A DNA stretch of 63,807 nucleotides, the filler included, from Octopus bimaculoides (taxonomy: Eukaryota): assembly GCF_001194135.2 (NCBI RefSeq). It is 5 parts of 4 records of this genome, joined end to end, with 100 filler letters (N's around TTAATTAATTAA, not from the genome) between each part and the next. Parts side by side here need not be neighbours in the genome. Positions count along the whole stretch, not along the records: positions 46,287 to 60,005 come from NC_068993.1; positions 60,106 to 62,283 come from NW_026373980.1; positions 62,384 to 63,807 come from NW_026331774.1; 2 more parts are not named here. One strand, written 5' to 3'. Positions 54,428 through 63,807 of the stretch are shown piece after piece. The position numbers were made by a program, and so were the translations under genes. A model generated the notes under the pieces. That model did not search any database and had not been told where the DNA came from. It saw only the letters and a program-made list of their open reading frames with translations. The first letter of the stretch is position 1, and the number at the start of each line of letters is the position of its first letter.

Positions 54428-54957
54428 CGTATGTGTGTGTGTGTGTATGTGTGTGTGTGTGTATGTGTAGGTGTATATATGTATATTTATATATGTTTAT
54501 ATATATGTATATATATATATATATNNNNNNNNNNNNNNNNNNNNNNNNNNNNNNNNNNNNNNNNNNNNNNNNNNNNNNNNNNNNNNNNNNNNNNNNNNNN
54601 NNNNNNNNNNNNNNNNNNNNNNNNNNNNNNNNNNNNNNNNNNNNNNNNNNNNNNNNNNNNNNNNNNNNNNNNNNNNNNNNNNNNNNNNNNNNNNNNNNNN
54701 NNNNNNNNNNNNNNNNNNNNNNNNNNNNNNNNNNNNNNNNNNNNNNNNNNNNNNNNNNNNNNNNNNNNNNNNNNNNNNNNNNNNNNNNNNNNNNNNNNNN
54801 NNNNNNNNNNNNNNNNNNNNNNNNNNNNNNNNNNNNNNNNNNNNNNNNNNNNNNNNNNNNNNNNNNNNNNNNNNNNNNNNNNNNNNNNNNNNNNNNNNNN
54901 NNNNNNNNNNNNNNNNNNNNNNNNNNNNNNNNNNNNNNNNNNNNNNNNNNNNNNNNN

Positions 54958-55002
<45 letters not shown>

Positions 55003-56567
55003 GTATGCATGTATGTATGTATGTATGTATACAGGCGTATAGCTGCACATATTTACATGTATGTATGCAGGTATGTATGAATATATGTACGCAAGGAGGA
55101 TTATATAGTCGTGATCTAAAATATTACAATCGCAGCCTAGAAAACAATCAGAAATGTAAATTGAATTGAGGCAAGCAGCAGTTGATGAAATGATGACACT
55201 AATAATATGAAAATGCATTACACAAAATATATTTAAATTTGGTACAGGAATAATTTCGTAATCAGTCTGAATTGCGATATCAGTCAACTTATGTTCTTTT
55301 TAATATAACTTTTGACGACTCGAAAGAAGAAATCAAAAATGCTTCGAGCATATCAGCTTAAATTGTTTACCATAACGATAATATTATTCCTAATGCCGAC
55401 TACAATAATATTGACTTTAAGTATGATCACAAGGCTTTTAGTTTCGGTGATATCAGTAGCCATCCATCGTCAGGAATGTTGGCTAATGACCGACAGTAAA
55501 CGATTGTAAAAACAAGTGGCCGAAATGAGCTTCCTCTGAAGGATATCAGGATCAATGTTATCTGATAGAGTGTGTAGGTCGGAGATCAGGGTGTATCTCT
55601 CGGTGCAGCCGCTACTTCTTCGGATGAAAAGGATATAACTCCGGTACTAAGACACCCTTCGGTCGTGAATGACCATGGGATTGCACCTAGAGCGTTCCCC
55701 TCCAATGTATACGTCCGGGCAAGATTATCTATGGAAGACCAGCAATCGCCCATGCATACCTGCCTCCCCTATCCACGCCACTGATGTTATCCATGGGAAA
55801 GACAAAGTCCGATACAGCTTGGCACCATTGACATCACAACTCATTTCTATAGCTGAATTTAACTGGAGCAACGTGAAATAATGTGTCTTGCTCAAGAACA
55901 CAACACACCTCCAGGAACTGAACTCACTTCCTCATGATGGTGAGCCTGATACTCTAACCACTGAGTCATGCAGTCACTTGAATAGTCTGCCACATGGATT
56001 CGTCAAGCAGAGCCAACTGTACGAGACCTAAGGTAGACGAAGAACGAGCTTGTTGGGTAATAACCATCGTCTCATTTGGTGACGCTTAGCACACTATGAA
56101 GGGAGTGCCTGAAGACTCAACCTCTCTAAACTCCCAGGAACTTCATTTATCGACTGAGCAGATGGATGGATGTATAGTCGATTAAATTATTCCACTACTC
56201 AGTTGGTACATTATTTTATCTAACTGCTTATCAAAGTACACAGAATTGATCAAGGAAGAATTTGAAAGTCAGGATGTAAACGTCTCTCGACACCATTTGT
56301 CTGAAGATCTAACGATCCGAATAAACCCTTAATATTGAATTCAAATTCTGGCACAAGTCTAATAAATTTGTGGAAGGGAGTAAGTCGATTACATCACACT
56401 CAGTACGTAACTGGTACTTAATTTATCGACTCCGAAAGGATAAAAGGCAAAGTCGACCTCGGCAAATTTGAACTCAGACTGTGAAGATGGACGAAATGTC
56501 GCTAAGCCATTTGCCCGATGTGCTAATGATTCCACCAGCTCGCTACCTTCGATAAACCAATAATATT

Positions 56568-56781
56568 CTTTTCTACTCTAGGCACAAGGCCTGAAATTTT
56601 CGGGAAGGGATTAAGTCGATCAGATCGACCCCAGTACGCAACTGGTACTTAATATATCGCCCCAGAAAGGATGAAAGGCAAAGTCGACCTCGGCGGAATT
56701 TGAACTCAGAACATAAAGACAGACGAAATACTGCTAAGCATTTCGCCCGGCGTGCTAACGTTTCTTCCGGCACGCCGCCCT
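56568..56781 (-). mobile_element. Young full-length Nin/Deu-type SINE with 16-bp TSD
   Basis: ATAAACCAATAATATT at 56552-56567 and 56782-56797; CpGs retained. Confidence 0.85.
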
Positions 56782-59700
56782 ATAAACCAATAATATTAGC
56801 ATTACTTCACATCTTAAAACAACAGCATAATGGAGGGATCTTTATTTGACAGAAGACTCAAGGTAGCAACCAAATTTGCTAGAAATACTAGTCAAATTTC
56901 TTTCAAATTGCATCCTATCTTCGTATGGAATAGGATGATATTATCTTCGACATAGTGACTCTAATCAAGAGAGGATGGTTACGGTGGGAACATCTTTCAT
57001 TAAAGTTTTGCAGTCTACGCACGCTTACGGCTGAACTGGAGCTTAACAACAGCAACATCAACATCAACAATATCGCATAAATACTGAATTAAAGTACACC
57101 TACATCGTAGTTTTCAGTTGTAGGTAGTTTAGTCTTGTATTTGTCTTGTGTTGAATGAATAAATCAATAATTTCTGCATGTCTTTCTATATATGCTTGTG
57201 ATTTTTCCGTATTCTTCATGCTATATAAATGGAAAATATTTGTGTCGCCAAACATAAGTACAGTTATTTATAAGTAAGCTTACAGAATATTTTGCTTCAT
57301 TCAAATCCATTCTTTATTTCGTACCAAGTGAGGGGAATAAAAGGTATATATATATTTAATATAAAGAATAAACAGAGAAAATTATTGGTAGAAAAAAGGG
57401 TTGTCGCAATTAAAACAATAATTTAGTCTTGTATTAATCATTGCATTCTAATTTGAATGTTATTGCAGTAAACATTGTCCTAAATACCTGAAGGAGGGTG
57501 GAATCTAATATAAGTACATTTAATTAAAATAGCCATCAGTATATCATACTTAATGTATATACATCTTTGACAGGTAAGATGTTACTGTTTTTGTCTGAGA
57601 CAAAATCTCTTATGCTGTGTTTAAACGCAATATGTAGCGAAGTGAGATCAAAATTCGTCCAGCCAAATGCAATTCGGCCTTCTTGGGCAAAGACGTGTAC
57701 TCGCAGCCGTCTGCCTAGACGAAATTTGTGGCTACCGATATATAAGAAATAATGAATAATACATTGTTGCCGCACTGAATAAAAATTCGAAGTACGAAAT
57801 TGAAGCAACATCAAATTAAAATAACCATCTGTACCATGGACCCCGCCCCCCACAAAAAAATAAAAAAACCGGCTGAGCACCATTGATGTAAATTGTCAGA
57901 GAAAGATACATAGCTGATATTTTGCAATACGTACCAATACATTCATCTAAAGAAAAGAAATTTTCAGAGACCCTTATAATACTATTGTGCATCCCCAATC
58001 TATTATTTTGTTGTGAGTACCTCAACCCCACAAAAAAAATCCATATGGACCCAGGTTGAGAAACACTGCGTTAGAGCGTCAGGAAAATGCTTTGTAGTAT
58101 GTTTTCGGTACATTAAATTCCGTGTTCCAATTAAACTGATTTCAACTGTGCTTTTCATCCAGAGATCTTTGGGAGAAACCCACTTTCGGCGGCTTAATTT
58201 AGCCTTCGTATATTTTCCGTCATTGCCCAATATTCATTACAAAAGTGAGAACCTTTACGAAATTCGAAATGAAGACAGCAATTTTGGCTTATCGAATGCT
58301 GGAGTTAGAGCATCACAGTGCCAACACCTGGAAGTCTAGTATCCAATTCACTTCCTGCTTCCTATCATGCGCGAAGAAGACCCCCGGGATACGTAAACTT
58401 CTATACTTGCCTCAGTGTTATTCTACAATATTTAATGCATATTTTCTAAAGAATATACAATTTAAGGGAGATTTAACTGTTATTTTTAGTAGCACAAGAG
58501 ACAGTGTAGAAGATTCGTAAAGTTAGCACAAGAAATTACCATTTATTATCTTTATTGGAATCATTGAATAAATATGAAGAATTCCAGGATTGACCCAAAT
58601 ATCTATGGCGTTGGGAATAGAAAAATCAATACTAAATAAGTATTCGTTCAAATAAAGACTTACAAAAATAATATATCACTTTCAAATAGTAATTGTTTAC
58701 AAGTATTTTCATATGCAAATTTCTATACAAAACCTTGCAAACTAAATTATGAAGTGAGATACTTAACGTAATAAAAATACATAAAACTAAAATATACGTC
58801 GTCATATAATCGTACATAATCGCACTTATTCAAATGTACGGACATGAAAAATGCATACAACCACAAGCAGAAGACACACATACACACGCTAACCACAAAC
58901 AAACAAACAAACACACACACACACACACACTAGCCCCAAACAAACACATGCACGCATATATTTACATATATGTATATATATATATATATATATATAGATA
59001 TATATATATATATAAATATANNNNNNNNNNNNNNNNNNNNNNNNNNNNNNNNNNNNNNNNNNNNNNNNNNNNNNNNNNNNNNNNNNNNNNNNNNNNNNNN
59101 NNNNNNNNNNNNNNNNNNNNNNNNNNNNNNNNNNNNNNNNNNNNNNNNNNNNNNNNNNNNNNNNNNNNNNNNNNNNNNNNNNNNNNNNNNNNNNNNNNNN
59201 NNNNNNNNNNNNNNNNNNNNNNNNNNNNNNNNNNNNNNNNNNNNNNNNNNNNNNNNNNNNNNNNNNNTATATATATATATATATATATATACTATGTGTG
59301 TGTGTGTGTGTGTGTGTGTGCGCGTACATATCTATCTACACACAAACACTCACACACACACGTACTTTGAATGAAAAAAGAAACAAGCCATGCCATTGCT
59401 ATACATAAATTATTCAAAAGTATAACATTAATATATAAGGGCATGTTTCAGCGAGCGTACGTATGTAAGTCTGTTTCGCTATCTGAAACAGCAATTACTT
59501 TGGCAATTATTCAAAAGACAGAACTATTTCTATCTTGAAACGGGGTGTGACTATAAATATTTAAAAGACGTGCTGAAATATTTAATACATAAAAAAGTGA
59601 AAACTCAATAGAAAATACAACTAAACTCAATCACTAGACAGGCGAAGATTTATGATTAAAGCAATTTAATTCGACTGAGGGATTATAGCTATGTGTGTTA

Positions 59701-60105
59701 TGTTATGTTAAATATGTATGTATGGATAGATGGATGGATGGACAGACAGATTCATATTTGTAATTGTCTGTTTATATGCATACAGGAATATATGCACTCG
59801 TGGTTTTTTCTATGTATCTATGTATATGTGAGTATATATAGATATATATATATATATAAAGATGCATATGCGCATATACACAATAAACCAATAACATAAT
59901 AATTAAGAATTGTTGACAGGTCGAGAGCTAGGTGGGCCCACCATATTATTATCATTATTATTATTTATGATGTCTTTTTTATTTGTTGTTGTATTCTGAA
60001 AGATTNNNNNNNNNNNNNNNNNNNNNNNNNNNNNNNNNNNNNNNNNNNNTTAATTAATTAANNNNNNNNNNNNNNNNNNNNNNNNNNNNNNNNNNNNNNN
60101 NNNNN

Positions 60106-62209
60106 TGTTGGCTATAGCCTAGTCACCCATATAGTTAACCAGGTGATACACAAAGATAAACCTCTGTACCTGACTTTCGTTGACATGTAGAAAGCCTTTG
60201 ACAGGGTCCCCCGTTCCCTTATCTGGTGGTCAATGAGGAAAGTAGGGATAGAAGAATGGTTAGTGAGAGCTGTGCGAGCCATGTACAGGGATTCTCTCAG
60301 TAAGATGAGGGTTGGCAATGAGTACAGTGAAGAATTCCAGGTAGAGGTAGGGGTCCACCAATGTTCAGTCCTTAGCCCCCTCCTATTTATCATAGTCCTC
60401 CAGGCAATAATGCAGGAATTCAAGACAGAATGCCCCTGAGAGCTCCGGTATGCTGATGACATTGCACTAATTGCTGAGTCACTATTAGGACTAGAGGAGA
60501 AGTTTCATGTGTGAAAGCAAGGACTAGAATTGAAGGGCCTTCGAGTCAACCTAGCTAAAACCAAAGTCCTAATAAGTAGGAAGGTAGACAAAACACAAAC
60601 CCCTTCAGGTAGATGGCCCTGTTCGATCAGTAGAAAAGGCGTAGGTAGAAACTCTATAAAATGTACCCAGTGCAAGCTATGGACACATAAGAGGTGCAGC
60701 AATATCAAAGGAAGGCTAACTAGGAAGATAGTTTTTGTATGTAGCAGATGTTCAGGAGCAATAAACACTGAAAATGTCCAGAAAACACCTGCCACATTCC
60801 AGGAAGAAAAACTAGAAGTAGTTGATAGCTTCCATTATCTAGGTGACCAAGTTAGTAGTGGGGAGGGTGCGCTGAAAGTGTAGCTGCTAGNNNNNNNNNN
60901 NNNNNNNNNNNNNNNNNNNNNNNNNNNNNNNNNNNNNNNNNNNNNNNNNNNNNNNNNNNNNNNNNNNNNNNNNNNNNNNNNNNNNNNNNNNNNNNNNNNN
61001 NNNNNNNNNNNNNNNNNNNNNNNNNNNNNNNNNNNNNNNNNNNNNNNNNNNNNNNNNNNNNNNNNNNNNNNNNNNNNNNNNNNNNNNNNNNNAAAGGGTC
61101 TCTCAGAGTAAAAGGCAGACTGTATGACGCATGCGTACGAACAGCCGTGCTACATGGCAGTGAAACATGGGCCGTGACTGCTGAGGTCCTGCGTAAGCTC
61201 GCAAGGAATGAAGCCAGTATGCTCCGATGGATGTGAAATGTCAGTGTGCATACTAGACAGAGTGTAAGTACTTTGAGAGAAAAGTTGGACATAAGAAGCA
61301 TCAGTTGTGGTGTGCAAGAGAGACGATTGAGCTGGTATGGTCATGTGGTGAGAATGGATGAGGATAGCTGTGTGAAAAAGTGCCACACACTATCAGTTGA
61401 AAGAAACTGGAAGAAGTAGAGCTGGGATGAGGTGGTGAAGCACAAACTTTGAACATTAGGTCTCACTGAGGCAATGACTTGTGACCAAGACCTTTGGAAA
61501 TATGCAGTGTGTGAGAAGACCTGGCATGCCAAGTGAGACCATTATCTGAGGCCTCTGCCAGGGGTGTAGCCAGCCCACTTATGTGTACCTGTCCTTCTTT
61601 GGACACTAAACTCTGTTTGTGAAGACCTGTTGAGGCAAATGATATTGATCCAAATTCGACCACTGGCACCCATGCCAGCCTCTCCTTCATTGGACACTAA
61701 ACTCGGCTTACGAAGTCCTGTTGGGGCAAGTGAAATCGAAATCTTGATTGAACCAAATTCGATGACTGGCACCTGTGCCAGTGGAATGCGAAGAGCACCA
61801 TCCGAGTGTGATCATTGCCAGAGCAGCTGTCTGGCTTCCATGCCAGTGGCATTTAAATAGCACCATTTGAGCGTGATCATTACCAGCTTCGCCCTACTGG
61901 CACTTGTGCCGGTGGCACGTGAAAAAGCATTCAAGCGAGGTTGTTGGACTGGCTCCTGTGTGGGTGGCACGTAAAATACACCATTTTGAGCATGGCCATT
62001 GCCAATACTGCCTGACTGGCCCTCGTGCCGGTGGCACGTAAAAGCACCCACTACACTCTCGGAGTGGTTGGCGTTAGGAAGGGCATCCAGCTGTAGAAAC
62101 TTTGCCAGATCAGATTGGAACCTGGTGTTGCCTTCTGGTTCGCTAGTCCTCTGTCATATCGTCCAACTCATGCTAGCATGGAGGGCAGACGTTAAACGAT
62201 GATGATGAT
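60106..62209 (+). mobile_element. 5'-truncated RTE-clade LINE (RT with PHD-like insert, long 3' UTR, (GAT)n tail)
   Basis: KAFDRVPR, GVHQCSVLSPLLF, YADDIAL, VNLAKTKV, FHYLGD, WYGHVVRM; the 3' UTR seeds fragments at ~1817-2075, ~4590-4730, ~7600-7960, ~16290-16830, ~21700-21915, ~23570-23830. Confidence 0.9.
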
Positions 62210-63807
62210 ATATGTTTATATATATATATATATAAACAATTGCAGTGTGGAAGGTGTCTATAAGCCATTTAAAATAACACACANNNNNNNNNNNNNNNNN
62301 NNNNNNNNNNNNNNNNNNNNNNNNNNNTTAATTAATTAANNNNNNNNNNNNNNNNNNNNNNNNNNNNNNNNNNNNNNNNNNNNATACACACAAACACACA
62401 TTCATACGTGTATATGTATATCTATGTATATCTGTGTGTGTGTCTTTGCAGTTGTCCCCACTACTGCTTTACATCAGCTTTTGGTTTGTCTACGTCCCGT
62501 TATCTGACTAATTAGGTGTATGAAAATGATAGACAAATCACTAGACTTAAAAAAAAGGGCTGTGCTCCTTTCCTTCGACTAAAGCGGTTGAACATGGTTT
62601 GCCAGTATCGCTCTAGTTCAGTGACAGAAACAAATTTTTAAAAAAATGCTCTTTTATAACATCAAAAATTCCTTCTTATTTCTGATCACTGTCTGCCAAT
62701 GTCGTTGTATCGTCATAAACGACACTTATGAAATAATAATTTTGTTGCTTCACATTAAATAGATTCACAAAGAGCATCTAGAATTCAAAAGCTAAGGGAG
62801 AGTTGTAAAAATCTGATAGAATCATATAAATCTTTGAAAATGTAGGATTTTCAGTAATCCAAATCTGTCCTATATTTTTTTGGTTATAACTGATATATTA
62901 AATGGGAAAACATCAGTTGGTCTTTATTTTTCCTCAAAAGGAATAAGAATAATGACAACAACAACGACGACAATAACAATAATAATAATAATAATAAATA
63001 CTATTACGTAATCTCAAAATTTAAAACAAACACATTTTTCTTATGGTTTTTTAAACATTCTCTAGAACAACACTATGTACAAATCCAAATATATGGTACC
63101 CTAGGCATAACACCAACATGAACGTCTAACTTTCTCTTGAGGTCTCTAGGTGAGACTTGGAGCCAACTTGTACAAATGCAAAGCAAAAGTCAAACATAAA
63201 ATAATAATAATAATAATAATAATAAACATTCATCTGACTACTAATTTTTTGTTGCCACAAAATCCATAAAAAAACAATCTGGGAAAATATAGGAGACAAA
63301 CAAATACAAACGGTCAGGAAAAAGAAAACCATCAAACAGAGGTAGCATACTGTAATTATATATTTATTTGTGAATAAACAGCAACATATGTTAACACAAA
63401 CATTAAAACCGAGTCACAAAACCAGCAGATAGACATGTTAATGAATCGTTGATATTAGCTTTGCTAAAATTCATCAAAGGACATGATGTATGAAAAAGCC
63501 GCCGTTGCCAGCGTCGCAGTCAGTTTTAACATTGAAACTTAAACTGGAGATCGACGACGATGACGATGACAACGACAGCAACAACAACAACGACAGAGTC
63601 GAATTCTTGAAATAGAAATAAGCAAACAAACAAAAAAAATGAAACGTGCTGATCGTAGTGTTGTTAGTGTCTGTGGCGAACTTTTAAAGATAATATTTCT
63701 CTTCTACACCAGGGTGAGGAAATGTGTGACTAATCAAGCGACTACAAATCAACAACAACAACTGCTACTATTACTGCTGGTACTGCTGCTGCTGCTGCTG
63801 CTGCTGC

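Noticed and set aside
57835-58068. Charlie-like end GGTTGAGAAACACTG as a complete MITE
   Set aside because: No matching left TIR or TSD found

Overview
AT-rich, microsatellite- and SINE-laden eukaryotic draft-assembly DNA, most likely octopus/cephalopod (inferred from repeat families and microsatellite load; not verifiable here). Almost all ORFs in the supplied track are repeat or gap artefacts. The only well-supported host gene is a minus-strand RasGRP (CalDAG-GEF) family gene. Nine exons between 27444 and 936 splice in frame with canonical AG/GT ends: 1150 nt, about 383 codons, covering the Cdc25 GEF domain, two canonical EF hands and a typical C1 domain. Its 5' (REM) exons were not found, and an artificial 100-bp N44-TTAATTAATTAA-N44 scaffold spacer follows at 28394-28493. 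The rest is mobile DNA: CORE-type and Nin/Deu-type tRNA-SINEs, RTE, Dong/R4 and Tx1 LINE remnants, hAT and probable Chapaev3 transposase fossils, two hAT MITEs with perfect 8-bp TSDs, and a solo LTR with a 4-bp TSD. Most interesting: (1) a repeat family combining an internal tRNA-like Pol III module with a minimal type I hammerhead ribozyme, intact at 10262-10307, resembling Penelope LTR / Sm-alpha retrozymes and sitting 11 nt from a RasGRP splice donor; (2) a ~2.5-kb degenerate foldback at 35296-37821; (3) two ~240-bp palindromes; (4) inverted SINE pairs bracketing RasGRP exons, i.e. potential ADAR/back-splicing substrates in a lineage known for heavy A-to-I editing.
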